A model generated the notes under the pieces. The model searched no databases. It was given only the letters and a program-made list of their open reading frames with translations, and was not told the origin of the DNA. 64,000 nucleotides of DNA from an uncultured virus (IMG/VR IMGVR_UViG_3300045016_000216) (taxonomy: Duplodnaviria; Heunggongvirae; Uroviricota; Caudoviricetes). The position numbers were made by a program, and so were the translations under genes. The stretch lies in the IMG/VR virus record IMGVR_UViG_3300045016_000216; one strand, given 5' to 3'. Shown one piece after another: positions 19,261-29,451 of this stretch (position 1 is its first letter; each line of letters begins with the position of its first letter).

Positions 19261-21297
19261 ATGAAGAGAGTTCTTTTTGTAGGTCAACACCCATATGGTT
19301 TTTCTGGAAACTCCCATATGTTGAGAGCTTTGGTTAATACTCTTGACAAGGATAGATTTTCTTTTTCTGTATTCACTCACACCAATGACAGCATAAATAT
19401 TGATCCTTTCTCTCCCGATACTTCTATTCCTATTGTAGAAGGTAGAGGTTCAGATGAATCTCAAAGAAAATACCAACTAATAAAAATATTAGAGGGACAA
19501 CCTATTGATTTTTTATTCTTTGTTGGAATAGATATTTGGGAATATGTCAATTTGTTTAATGAAATACTAGAGATAAAAAAATCAAAAGATTTTGTCTGGA
19601 TATGTTTAATACCTTATGATCTTTTTTATGTAAGAAAAGATTGGCTTAATTGGATAAATGCTATAGATGTTCCATTGGTTTATTCTAAACAAGGGTACGA
19701 ACTTGTCCATTCTATGTTAGATAAAATTCATTATTTTAGACCCCCTTTATATGATTCCCACTTATTTATTCCTTATTCAAAAGATAAAAGAATACACATC
19801 AGACAGCAGTTAGCTCCTCACATAAATCCTGAAGCTTTTATATTCGGGTTTTTTGGAAATAATCAATTCCGAAAGGACCCGCAAAGACTAATAAAAGCTT
19901 TTTTCTTATTGAAAAGAAAATTTCCTGATATTTATTTGTACTTACATACCAACTTGAATGGTGTTTATAATCTTCCTCAATACATTGATGATTGTGGGGG
20001 GAAGATGGGGGATGTTGTTGTAAGACATCAACAAGTTGTGTATGATACACAAAGGATGGTAGAGGCTTATAATTTAATAGATTGTCTTGTAAATGTTTCT
20101 ACTCATGAGGGTTTAAGTTGGACTTTGTTAGAAGCTATGTTATGCGGAGTTCCCATAATAGCTGCAAATACTACTGCACAAACAGAATTATTAGATAAGG
20201 GAGTAGGTTATTTAGTACCTAGTACAAATTTAGCTTATGTTCCCACGATTACAGAGAGAGGACCTTCTTTTGTAGAAACTAGAGCTTGTGATTTTAATAG
20301 ATTGGTACAAGGCATGGAGTTCATGCTTATCAATAAAGAGGCTAGAGAGGAATACATAAAAGCGGGAACAGATAAGGCTAAAGAATGGTTAGATGGAGTT
20401 AGTAATATAAATGAAGTTTTAAATTCTGTATCTAAGTCTTCTATAAAATTGGTTAAATCTAAAAAACCTAGAGTTTTGTTTGTTCAACATTCCTCAGCGG
20501 GTGATGTTTTGATGAGTACCCAATGTTTTAAAGGAATAAAGGAGAAGCATAACAAATCCATAGATTATATGACTCAATCAATATACCATGATATTGTAGT
20601 GAATAATCCCTATATTGACAATATATTAAGTTGGAACAAGGATACTGTAAATGATTATGAAGTAGTGTATAATCCACATGGAGATAAAATTTTACCAGGG
20701 GGATGGAATAATATGGACACAAAACTTTATGATATGTATCCTTATTTTTGTAGAGTTAAACCTGATAAAATGTTCATTGATCCTAAACCTCCTTCTGAGG
20801 AAATTTTGGGTTTGTTGCCTAATAAGTTTATCGTTGTACATACTACTGGCGGTAGTATTGAATATAGAACATATTCACATATGGGTATGGTAATTAAGAA
20901 GCTTCCCTATCCTGTTGTTCAGATAGGGGGAAGAATGGATAGAACATGTAATGGGGCTATTGATCTTAGAGGTAAACTTTCTTGGAGAGAAACAGCTTAT
21001 ATTATGGGACATTCACAAGGGGCTATAGTAATTGACAGTTTTCCCTCTCACTTAGCAGGACTTATAGGTATACCTTTAGTTGTTTTATTTGGACCTGCCC
21101 CTGCTAGAGTAACAGGTCCTAAAGGTGATCCTAATTTAATGATCTTCTTAGAACCTAATAAATTAGAGGTGTGTCCTATTACTAGTAATTGTTGGGGTGT
21201 GACTGAAAAAAATAAATGTGTAACACCTTGTATAGATTCCATTTCACCCTTTTTGGTAGCACAATCTCTTAATAAATTAATAGGAGAAAATAAATGA
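19261..21297 (+). CDS. GT4 + GT9 (heptosyltransferase-like) fusion glycosyltransferase
   Basis: HEGLSWTLLEAMLCGVPIIA (GT4 ExE7); SAGDVLMST, DLRGKLSWRE, IDSFPSHLA, VVLFGP (GT9). Confidence 0.85.
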   Translation: MKRVLFVGQHPYGFSGNSHMLRALVNTLDKDRFSFSVFTHTNDSINIDPFSPDTSIPIVEGRGSDESQRKYQLIKILEGQPIDFLFFVGIDIWEYVNLFNEILEIKKSKDFVWICLIPYDLFYVRKDWLNWINAIDVPLVYSKQGYELVHSMLDKIHYFRPPLYDSHLFIPYSKDKRIHIRQQLAPHINPEAFIFGFFGNNQFRKDPQRLIKAFFLLKRKFPDIYLYLHTNLNGVYNLPQYIDDCGGKMGDVVVRHQQVVYDTQRMVEAYNLIDCLVNVSTHEGLSWTLLEAMLCGVPIIAANTTAQTELLDKGVGYLVPSTNLAYVPTITERGPSFVETRACDFNRLVQGMEFMLINKEAREEYIKAGTDKAKEWLDGVSNINEVLNSVSKSSIKLVKSKKPRVLFVQHSSAGDVLMSTQCFKGIKEKHNKSIDYMTQSIYHDIVVNNPYIDNILSWNKDTVNDYEVVYNPHGDKILPGGWNNMDTKLYDMYPYFCRVKPDKMFIDPKPPSEEILGLLPNKFIVVHTTGGSIEYRTYSHMGMVIKKLPYPVVQIGGRMDRTCNGAIDLRGKLSWRETAYIMGHSQGAIVIDSFPSHLAGLIGIPLVVLFGPAPARVTGPKGDPNLMIFLEPNKLEVCPITSNCWGVTEKNKCVTPCIDSISPFLVAQSLNKLIGENK

Positions 21298-22031
21298 TAA
21301 TTTTAATGAAAGGTACAAATGAGGAAAAAGTTGTAAAAAGATGTGTTGGAGATTTTCATGATGAACCTTTTGTAAAGAGGATAATAGTGATTGATGGAAA
21401 TTCACATGATCATACTGTGTCAGAACTGAGGAGATTTGAGAAGGTGGATGTTTATATTCACCCTTGGTTTGACTGGTATCATGATATGGAAATTTGTCAA
21501 TCTAATATTGCCCTGTCTTATGTGCCTCATGGGGAATTAATTTTTATAATGGATTTTGATGAAAGGATGAGTCCAGACCTTAAAAAGTTTTTTTCAGAAT
21601 TCAATGAGGAAGCTTTTCAGATAGGAATGGCTCTACATTTTTCTAGGAAAACAGTGGATGTAATTCGTTATGAAGATTCTCCTCATGCTATAATCGGAGA
21701 GGATGGATGGCCTATTATTAGTCATCAGATAGGACAATACCCTGATTACCAATGTAGAATGTTTAGAAAAACTCCTAAATTAAGATGGGTGAATAGTCCT
21801 CACCATGTTTTGATAGGGTATGAAAATACTAAAAATGTGAATTATGATATTATTCATTATGAAAAGGATGATTATAGAGATAGGATAGCTGTAGAAAAGA
21901 AATGGCTTAGGCATATAATAAGGAGAAGGCAATTAGGGTTGCCAGTAGATATTTATGAATGTATGGTTAAACAGGAAGTAGCAGAATTCAATAACGATGA
22001 ATACTGGGACAATTTTCGTTTTTGGGGGTAG
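21294..22031 (+). CDS. GT2-family glycosyltransferase
   Basis: NEE, VIDGNSHDHT, MDFDE, YPDYQCRMFR, SPHH. Confidence 0.8.
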   Translation: MIILMKGTNEEKVVKRCVGDFHDEPFVKRIIVIDGNSHDHTVSELRRFEKVDVYIHPWFDWYHDMEICQSNIALSYVPHGELIFIMDFDERMSPDLKKFFSEFNEEAFQIGMALHFSRKTVDVIRYEDSPHAIIGEDGWPIISHQIGQYPDYQCRMFRKTPKLRWVNSPHHVLIGYENTKNVNYDIIHYEKDDYRDRIAVEKKWLRHIIRRRQLGLPVDIYECMVKQEVAEFNNDEYWDNFRFWG

Positions 22032-22038
22032 GAGTAAA

Positions 22039-22743
22039 GTGTCAACTTTAGAAAATATTTGGAACACTATAGAGCCTAGGGTAGGAGAAGCTACAGCAGA
22101 AAGTGTGGCTGTTAATTTTCTAATGTGTTGGAATCATGATCTTGCAAATATGGATATGATAGTACAGGCGATAGAAATTTATAAACCTAGAGTGTCTATT
22201 GAACTTGGTACTTTTGAAGGGTTAGGTGCTAAACAGATTGCCATTGCTATGAATAAGACAGAAGGGGGTGAATTGTATACTTTTGATGCAGGTAAGGCTC
22301 CTATTACTATGGGTGAACCCTATGGGGTGACTGAAAAATATCTCATAGATGGTCATTTAGTAGATTGGAAAAATATTGACTTTGAAGGATGGAATGACTT
22401 TGGTAAAGTTATTGATAAAAGAAATAAAATATTAAGAGAATTGAAAAATTTAAACAAGGTAAAGGTTACTTTTGTAGAAGGACTTACTTGGGATACTTTG
22501 CCTATTTGGATGCCAAAAATAGGAGTTTGGGATTTTCTGTTCCAAGATTCTACTCATGATCTAGAGGAAATGATAATAGAGTGGGAATTATATGAACCCT
22601 ATTCAAAGATAGGGAGTTTAATTGTAATGGATGATATTCATCTTAATTTTCCTCAAAAAGAATATTTTATGGGAAAAGACAATTGGAAATGGTTTCATAC
22701 TGAAATCGGACACAAACAACTTTGGGGAGAAAGGATAAGGTAA
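22039..22743 (+). CDS. Class I SAM-dependent methyltransferase
   Basis: IELGTFEG, FLFQDSTH, IVMDD; GTG start after GGAG. Confidence 0.75.
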   Translation: MSTLENIWNTIEPRVGEATAESVAVNFLMCWNHDLANMDMIVQAIEIYKPRVSIELGTFEGLGAKQIAIAMNKTEGGELYTFDAGKAPITMGEPYGVTEKYLIDGHLVDWKNIDFEGWNDFGKVIDKRNKILRELKNLNKVKVTFVEGLTWDTLPIWMPKIGVWDFLFQDSTHDLEEMIIEWELYEPYSKIGSLIVMDDIHLNFPQKEYFMGKDNWKWFHTEIGHKQLWGERIR

Positions 22744-23039
22744 TGGATAATACTAGGATTATGTGTTTGTCTTGTGGTAGATTTGTTACTCTGGAAAAGA
22801 GGAAAGTAGATGGAAAAACAGTCTGCCCTTTTTGTAGGGATATGTATTTTTGTGATAATATTGATTACAATCAGCCACCTTATATTGAAGATATTAAAGT
22901 AGTAGGACCTTGTGGACACATGATAATAACTGATTTTCCAGGTGACATCAAGTGGTGTCCTGATTGTAGTATAGCTTATACTGTAGAGGGGCCTAAAATG
23001 AAGAATTATCAAATGAAGATGATTGAGGCTCTATTATGA
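22743..23039 (+). CDS. Cys-rich zinc-finger protein
   Basis: CLSC, CPFC, CGH, CPDC. Confidence 0.55.
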   Translation: MDNTRIMCLSCGRFVTLEKRKVDGKTVCPFCRDMYFCDNIDYNQPPYIEDIKVVGPCGHMIITDFPGDIKWCPDCSIAYTVEGPKMKNYQMKMIEALL

Positions 23040-24628
23040 GTATTGTCCTTGGTTTACATTATGGACATCATGGCTCTGTTTGTGTAATAAGAGATGGAAA
23101 GTTGATCGGGGCCATTAGTTCTGAAAGACTTTCTAGACATAAGTTTTCCCATGGGGTTACTAATAAAGATTTAGATTATTTGTTCGGCTATCTTGGAATC
23201 ACACATAATGACATTGATTATATAGGACTGTCTGATTGGAATAAAGATTTTTGTTTCCATCAAATGGAAGTCTTTCAAGGTAATGAGAAAATAGACTGTC
23301 TTTGGAACAGGGTTTATGACAATGAATGTCTGGAATTAGATATTAATTTTAGAGGTAAAAACGTAAAAGGATATTACATAGGACATCAGCTTTGTCATGC
23401 TGCCTCAGCTTTTTACACAAGTCCTTTTGAGGAAGCTTATTCTTTTTCTTTAGATGCCAGTGGGGCAAACAATAAGAATAATTCCTTAATAGCTTATGGT
23501 AAAGGAAAGAAATTAACTTCTTTACATTGTCCTGGATTAATGATCGGTGTGGCTTATGGATATTTTACTGAATATCTTGGGGTAGGTCATCAATTATTTA
23601 AAGCAGGTTCTACTATGGCAGTTGCGGCATATGGAAAAGTGATTCCTAGAGTAATGGACAATCTAGATTCCTATGTAAAGGCTTGCTTTTATCCTGATGA
23701 TCAAGATTATCATCAATGGTATCTTAATCTATGGACCGATTTGCATGGATCTCCTGAAGTATTTCCTTGGTGCCAATTTGATTTTGAAAAGGGCAGAGAT
23801 ATAGCCGCAACCATTCAGTTACTATTTGAACAATCTATTTTGCATTGTGTAAGAAATATTGGTCCTATGACTACAAAAAATTTATGCCTCAGTGGGGGAT
23901 CAATGTTGAATTGTGTAACTAATTCAAGGATATTGAAAGAGACACAATTCCGAAATGTGCATTTATTTCCTGGATGTGGGGATGATGGGGGAGCAGTAGG
24001 ATCGGCTCTTTATGTTGCCCATCATATTTTAGGAGAAGAAAGACCTGAGTATTCTGATTCTGAAATATGTTTTTTAGGTCCAGATAAACCTATGGAAGGG
24101 GATATAAATTATGGTCATATTGCTCGTAAGATAGCTGAAGGAAAGGTAGTTGCATGGTGTAATGGGAGGGCTGAGTTTGGTCCTAGAGCTTTGGGAAACA
24201 GATCAATTCTAGCTGATCCAAGAAACCATGATAACAGAGAAAGGATAAATTCAAAGATAAAGAATAGAGAATGGTTCAGACCTTTGGCCCCTGTTATACT
24301 AGAGAAGGAACTAAACAATTGGTTTGATTTTGATGTGAAAAGTCCTTTCATGCTTTTTACTGCACCTGTTAAAAGACCTGATATTATTCCTGAAATAAAT
24401 CATATGGATGGGTCTGCTAGGATACAAACAGTAAATGAGGAGACCAATTTCCACTATAACAGATTAGTTGAGGAATTTAATGAGATTACCGGAGTTCCCA
24501 TTTTGTTAAATACCAGTTTTAATGGTAATGGGGAACCTATGGTAGAATCTACGCAAGATGCTGTCAATTTCTTTAATCTAGGTACTGTAGATATTATGGT
24601 ACTAGATGGAAAAATTCATGAAAGGTAG
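23036..24628 (+). CDS. O-carbamoyltransferase (NodU/CmcH/TobZ family)
   Basis: HQLCHAASAFYTSPF, GRAEFGPRALGNRSILADPR, KNREWFRPLAP, HMDGSARIQTV, NTSFN. Confidence 0.93.
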   Translation: MSIVLGLHYGHHGSVCVIRDGKLIGAISSERLSRHKFSHGVTNKDLDYLFGYLGITHNDIDYIGLSDWNKDFCFHQMEVFQGNEKIDCLWNRVYDNECLELDINFRGKNVKGYYIGHQLCHAASAFYTSPFEEAYSFSLDASGANNKNNSLIAYGKGKKLTSLHCPGLMIGVAYGYFTEYLGVGHQLFKAGSTMAVAAYGKVIPRVMDNLDSYVKACFYPDDQDYHQWYLNLWTDLHGSPEVFPWCQFDFEKGRDIAATIQLLFEQSILHCVRNIGPMTTKNLCLSGGSMLNCVTNSRILKETQFRNVHLFPGCGDDGGAVGSALYVAHHILGEERPEYSDSEICFLGPDKPMEGDINYGHIARKIAEGKVVAWCNGRAEFGPRALGNRSILADPRNHDNRERINSKIKNREWFRPLAPVILEKELNNWFDFDVKSPFMLFTAPVKRPDIIPEINHMDGSARIQTVNEETNFHYNRLVEEFNEITGVPILLNTSFNGNGEPMVESTQDAVNFFNLGTVDIMVLDGKIHER

Positions 24629-24640
24629 GAGGACAATCTT

Positions 24641-25690
24641 ATGAAAATTGCTATTCTAGGGTATGCTCATCCTTTCGGTGAGGGTTGTTATTACGGTGCT
24701 GAAAGGGAGATTTGGTATCTAATTCAAGAGTTTAAAAAGAAGGGACATGAGTGTGTTGTATTTTCTGTAGGGGGGTGTAACTTGCCCGGATTTGAATACA
24801 TTCAAATTCCTATTCCTTGGTCAGATAATAAGGATCTTTATTTGGAAGCTGTTAAAGATTATGAAGGTAAGAATGGTAAGTTTGATTATATTCATAGTTA
24901 CATGGCTTCTGGATTTATATCACACGAAATAAGAGAGGATTGGAACTACAGTCTAGAACCTTATTTCAGTTTCGGAAGGTTTTATGAAAATGTAATAGCT
25001 TATTCTAAGAAACTGAATAGTCTAAATGCTAACCAAAGCACGGTTATTTATTACGGTATCCCTGATAGACCGTTACCTGAAGAAGCAAAGGATTATGTTG
25101 TTTGGACTGGTAGAATGGATATGGGGAAAGCTCCTGACATAGCTATAGATTTTGCAAAGAGAGCAGGAGTTAAACTTGTTCTTATGGGACCAGCTTATCA
25201 TTATCCCTATTCGCAAGATAAAATTTTCCCTCATGTAGATAATAAAAATATCATATGGTTGAGGGCTGTAGATGATGAAATTAAGTTTAAGGTGTTAAAA
25301 AATGCCAAAGCTTTTATAAGTACAAATTGGGATCGTTATCATGAAATGTTTGGAATTGTCAATATCGAAGCCTTAGCTTGCGGTGTTCCTATTATAGGAT
25401 GGGGTAAAAAAGATGAACCTTCGGCTATGAATTTTGAAGGGGGAGAAATCATAAGTCATGGAGTTCATGGGTTCATCAATGAATATGATACTTATTCAGA
25501 ACAGGATAGGGAACTCTCTATTGACAAGGCTTTAGATTTTTACAAACAGATTGATAATATTGACCGTATGGCTTGTTATAATCTTTTTAAAGATAGGTTC
25601 ACTTCTGAGATTATGGCAAACAATCATTTGAAATATTTTCAGAAAGTTATTGAAAGAGGTAAGGTTTACAACATCACCGGTGAATTGTAG
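24641..25690 (+). CDS. GT4-family glycosyltransferase
   Basis: YGAER, GRMDMGKAP, HEMFGIVNIEALACGVPII. Confidence 0.87.
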   Translation: MKIAILGYAHPFGEGCYYGAEREIWYLIQEFKKKGHECVVFSVGGCNLPGFEYIQIPIPWSDNKDLYLEAVKDYEGKNGKFDYIHSYMASGFISHEIREDWNYSLEPYFSFGRFYENVIAYSKKLNSLNANQSTVIYYGIPDRPLPEEAKDYVVWTGRMDMGKAPDIAIDFAKRAGVKLVLMGPAYHYPYSQDKIFPHVDNKNIIWLRAVDDEIKFKVLKNAKAFISTNWDRYHEMFGIVNIEALACGVPIIGWGKKDEPSAMNFEGGEIISHGVHGFINEYDTYSEQDRELSIDKALDFYKQIDNIDRMACYNLFKDRFTSEIMANNHLKYFQKVIERGKVYNITGEL

Positions 25691-25698
25691 GAGGAAGT

Positions 25699-26244
25699 AT
25701 GCCTAATTCAGTAGAGGAAGTTAATAATACAGTAAGACCTCTATTTGAAAAAAATGTGGAATATGTAAAACAATTTCTACAAGGTAGAGGAATAGATATG
25801 GGATGTGGAAGTTGTCCTTTGTTAAAACCTACCTGTATCTATTATGTTGATATGTCCCCGCAACCTTTATGTGAGGAACAAATAAGTCCTGGCTCTATAT
25901 TTATGAATACCCATTTTGAAAATCTAAATTTCTTCTCAGAGTTTAACTTTGTATTCAGTAGTCATGCTTTGGAAGATTTGGATAGTGAGGAAGATATTAG
26001 AGGGTGTTTAATAAAATGGACGGAATTTCTTGTTTCAGGGGGATACATTGTTTTGCTTTTACCTGATGTTGAAGGAGGAAGATACCCTGAAGTGGAGGAT
26101 GGAGGAAATATTTCTCATAAAGTCAAGATGGGTTTTAATTTTATGAGAAATATAGTTAAAGAAATCCCTGATCTTGAAATAGTACAGCACAGTACCATTC
26201 CGTGGACTAGCGAAACTTTTGACATGGTGTTGAGAAAAATATGA
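25699..26244 (+). CDS. Class I SAM-dependent methyltransferase
   Basis: IDMGCG, FVFSSHALEDL, LVSGGYIVLLLPD. Confidence 0.8.
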   Translation: MPNSVEEVNNTVRPLFEKNVEYVKQFLQGRGIDMGCGSCPLLKPTCIYYVDMSPQPLCEEQISPGSIFMNTHFENLNFFSEFNFVFSSHALEDLDSEEDIRGCLIKWTEFLVSGGYIVLLLPDVEGGRYPEVEDGGNISHKVKMGFNFMRNIVKEIPDLEIVQHSTIPWTSETFDMVLRKI

Positions 26245-26951
26245 TTCATCAAATCAATAAAATAGGTTATCATAAAGATAAAGTCTTAGATTACCTATCC
26301 AAGAATAATTTTGATAAGGTTTTAGATGTTGGGGGAGCTTTGGGTCCTTGGGCAGGAGATTATGTTACCCATTATTGTGATATTCAAGATGTTCATTCTA
26401 GGGAATCTGATGCCCATAATCTAAAAAAAGTCAAGGGTTCTGTTTCTATTGTAGGGGATTTAGAGGATTTTAAAATTCAAGAACAGTTATTAAAAGAAGC
26501 CCCTTTTGATTTTGTAATATGTTCTCATTGTCTGGAACATTTAGGAAAACCTCATTTGATTTTAGATTTCTTACCTAAAATCGGGAAAGAAGGCTTTATA
26601 TGTCTTCCTAATGGGGTAATAGAATTGATGAAAGGGATTTATTATAAAGAAATGCAACAGAAAGAACTGGAGCAACTTACTAGAGGATTTATTCCCCATC
26701 GCTGGGTTTTTGACACAGATACTCATACTTTATTTTTATTTCCCAAGTTCAGCGTTTTAGATTCTATGAGTCTAAAGGTTGATAATATTTCTGATTTAGG
26801 TGGATATGCTGATGGGGAATTAAGTTTTTGGTGGAAAGATTCTATCCCTTTTGTTCATTATGATGACAGTTTTTTTGATTATCCTGATATGTCAGATTCC
26901 CTTCAGTTTCTAAAATCTTTATGTGATAAGGTGTATGAAAATTTATTATGA
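26241..26951 (+). CDS. Class I SAM-dependent methyltransferase
   Basis: VLDVGG, FDFVICSHCLEHL. Confidence 0.75.
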   Translation: MIHQINKIGYHKDKVLDYLSKNNFDKVLDVGGALGPWAGDYVTHYCDIQDVHSRESDAHNLKKVKGSVSIVGDLEDFKIQEQLLKEAPFDFVICSHCLEHLGKPHLILDFLPKIGKEGFICLPNGVIELMKGIYYKEMQQKELEQLTRGFIPHRWVFDTDTHTLFLFPKFSVLDSMSLKVDNISDLGGYADGELSFWWKDSIPFVHYDDSFFDYPDMSDSLQFLKSLCDKVYENLL

Positions 26952-27337
26952 AAGTGACCTTGATAATTGTACCTATAGAAGGGGTGGATGATTTAAAACT
27001 AGTAGAATCTTTTGATAAAGTTCCAGGTAGGTACATGAGAATGGAAGATAGCAGATATTTTAATGTTACTATTAAGACTGATTGGAAAGTTTTTATGTAT
27101 GCTAATGAGTATTTTTCTCCACAACTATTAGCAGCTTTTCCATCTCTATTAGAGAATGAAGAATTTGATTATTTTTCTTTTTACAAATTGAGGAAGGAGT
27201 ATGGTAAATTAAAGTATAGTATTTCTCCAAGGATGTACAGGTCAGATATTAGGATGAGAGATAACATGGCTTATCCTGTTGATATAGAATCTTTAAAGGG
27301 TATACCTATTTTAAATGGATTTGTTTTACAGGTGTGA
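26948..27337 (+). CDS. Degenerate GT2-like protein
   Basis: TDWKVFMYANEYFSPQL and SPRMYR weakly parallel the MDFDERMSPDL and QCRMFR segments of 21294-22031. Confidence 0.35.
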   Translation: MKVTLIIVPIEGVDDLKLVESFDKVPGRYMRMEDSRYFNVTIKTDWKVFMYANEYFSPQLLAAFPSLLENEEFDYFSFYKLRKEYGKLKYSISPRMYRSDIRMRDNMAYPVDIESLKGIPILNGFVLQV

Positions 27338-27343
27338 AATATT

Positions 27344-27950
27344 ATGAAATATTGTTCTGTATCAGGATGTTTTAATAAGAGTTGTAGTAAGGGATTTTGT
27401 AGAATACATTACATGCACATATATCATTATGGTAAGATAAAAGAAAGAACTGTAAGAAGTAGGAATAAGATTTATATTGAGGATTCTTTATGTAGAATGG
27501 AACTTTATAATGTAAAAAGTGAAGTAATAGGGGAAACTGTTTTTGATTTTGTTGATTATGGTAAAATAAAAGACATAAGATGGGGATTATTAAGTAGTGG
27601 GTATGTTTTTAGTTCTTGTAAAAAAAATACTTTTATCAAGATTTATTTTAGATGTACCTATGGGGATGTATATTGACCATAAAAATAGAGATAGATTGGA
27701 TAATAGGAGAGATAATCTAAGGATCTGTAATATTTCAGAAAATAATAGAAATATAAATGTACAAAGTAATAACATTTCTGGATATAAAGGAGTTAGCCCT
27801 TATAAAGATAAGTGGATATCTCAAATATGTTGTAATAGAGCTTATTTTTATTTAGGAATATTCTCTACAAAAGAAGAAGCTGCTTTGGCTTATAATATAA
27901 AAGCTAAAGAATTACATAAGGATTTTGCAGTATTGAATGAGGTATTATGA
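27344..27950 (+). pseudogene. HNH-AP2 homing endonuclease, frameshifted at A8 (27620-27627)
   Basis: Two overlapping ORFs together match intact paralogue 59488-60117; IDHKNRDRLDNRRDNLR, SGYKGV, YLGIF..KEEAALAYN. Confidence 0.8.
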
Positions 27951-28486
27951 TTGAAATAAAAATAGATGAATTGACTAGGCGAAGAATTATCAATGCTATA
28001 GGAAAAGTACAAGTAGCTACTAGGTACCAAAATGATGAATTGCCTAGAGAGATGTCACGGCAATTTGTTACTAGAGTTAGGCAAGATATAATATCTCAAT
28101 ATTGGGTGAGTAGATGGAGTGCTAGAGGTCAAAGATATGAAGAGAGATATGGTAAATGGAAAGCAGAACAAGGATATGGATCAGATTTTTGGAAATTGGG
28201 AGGAGCTTTGATTGCTGCTCTATCCAGTTTTAAGGTTAGTGATGGATATATGGCAGGTATTCCCAATGGGATTATAGGGGCAAGTCCTAGATATTCAGGT
28301 ACTAGACTCTATGAGATTGCCAAATATGCTTATACTTTAGAATACGGCGGAGATTATCGTTCTAGAAAAGGGGGAATTCACCCTAAAAGACCCGTGTTTA
28401 CACATTCTATTAATCAGTTTGCTTTTAGGGAATCTCCTATTTTAGGGGAAAGAGCTTTACAATTCATAGCAGGAAAATGGGCATGA
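27947..28486 (+). CDS. Putative neck/tail completion protein (HK97 gp10-like)
   Basis: YAYTLEYG...HPKRPVF; Arg-rich. Confidence 0.6.
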   Translation: MIEIKIDELTRRRIINAIGKVQVATRYQNDELPREMSRQFVTRVRQDIISQYWVSRWSARGQRYEERYGKWKAEQGYGSDFWKLGGALIAALSSFKVSDGYMAGIPNGIIGASPRYSGTRLYEIAKYAYTLEYGGDYRSRKGGIHPKRPVFTHSINQFAFRESPILGERALQFIAGKWA

Positions 28487-28689
28487 AGTTATTAGGAATA
28501 GAAAATAGAGAAATAGTAGCCATTCTTGAATTTAGTATACAGGAATTGAAGGACTTAATATCCGGTTTGTCTTTATGTAAAATTGATTATGATGGAAAGA
28601 ATGAAAATGAGGTAAGGGCTGTTACTTACTTGACAAAAACATTCTTTCCTGCTATAGTAGAATTAGTGAAGAAAATTGAGGAAAGCTAA
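28483..28689 (+). CDS. Hypothetical protein
   Basis: ATGA/TAATG coupled small ORF. Confidence 0.5.
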   Translation: MKLLGIENREIVAILEFSIQELKDLISGLSLCKIDYDGKNENEVRAVTYLTKTFFPAIVELVKKIEES

Positions 28690-29159
28690 TGGCGTTAGAT
28701 ATTACAGCAAGAGAAGCAAATGTAAGGGATTCTGTAAAGAAATATTTTAGGGATAATATTTATACTACCGAAGGTTATCCCATTACATTTGATAAGACTT
28801 TGACTACTCCTAAAGTGCAAGGTGTTGAAGTAGATAAATGGGTTAGTATTATATTTGGTGATATTGAACTGCAAACTTTATCTAGTTTTAGTATTGAAAT
28901 ATTTTGTTGTACCAAACAGGATTCTGAAGGATTTAAACTTGCACAACTTAGAGATAAGGTCATGGGATATTTGATAGATACTTCTCGAACTGACTGTTGG
29001 GCAAGAATTCCTCTTTATAGAAGTTCTGCAAGTGAAGCTTGGACTGTTATTGGATATATGATACCTCAAGAGATAATAGAGACTACTTATCCTGATGCCG
29101 GAGATAATACTAAATTAAAGTCGATAAATGTGAGGCTCAGATGGGCGGCGGTTTGTTGA
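28689..29159 (+). CDS. Putative tail terminator protein
   Basis: Synteny and size, upstream of major tail gene. Confidence 0.5.
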   Translation: MALDITAREANVRDSVKKYFRDNIYTTEGYPITFDKTLTTPKVQGVEVDKWVSIIFGDIELQTLSSFSIEIFCCTKQDSEGFKLAQLRDKVMGYLIDTSRTDCWARIPLYRSSASEAWTVIGYMIPQEIIETTYPDAGDNTKLKSINVRLRWAAVC

Positions 29160-29434
29160 ATGGCGATAAGAAATTTTTTATCTTTTGTGAGAAATGTGGA
29201 AAGAAGATAATCGAGAGACAAAATAATGGGCTATTTTATTTTGTATTTGGTAAGAGAAAAGATAGAGAAGGGAATCTTTTAGAACATTCCCCAGTTGAGA
29301 TATTCATACATGGATCTGTGAGAATTAGATGCCTATCAAGAACTTGTGGGCATTGGAACATATTGAATTATTTTCCTAATACGTTAGAATTACAATCAGA
29401 AAAACCTGAAGCAATCCAGAATCATCTTATATAG
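29156..29434 (+). CDS. Mu Com-like zinc-finger protein
   Basis: CEKCGKK...IRCLSRTCGHWN. Confidence 0.5.
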   Translation: MNGDKKFFIFCEKCGKKIIERQNNGLFYFVFGKRKDREGNLLEHSPVEIFIHGSVRIRCLSRTCGHWNILNYFPNTLELQSEKPEAIQNHLI

Positions 29435-29451
29435 AAAGGAGGTGATATTGT

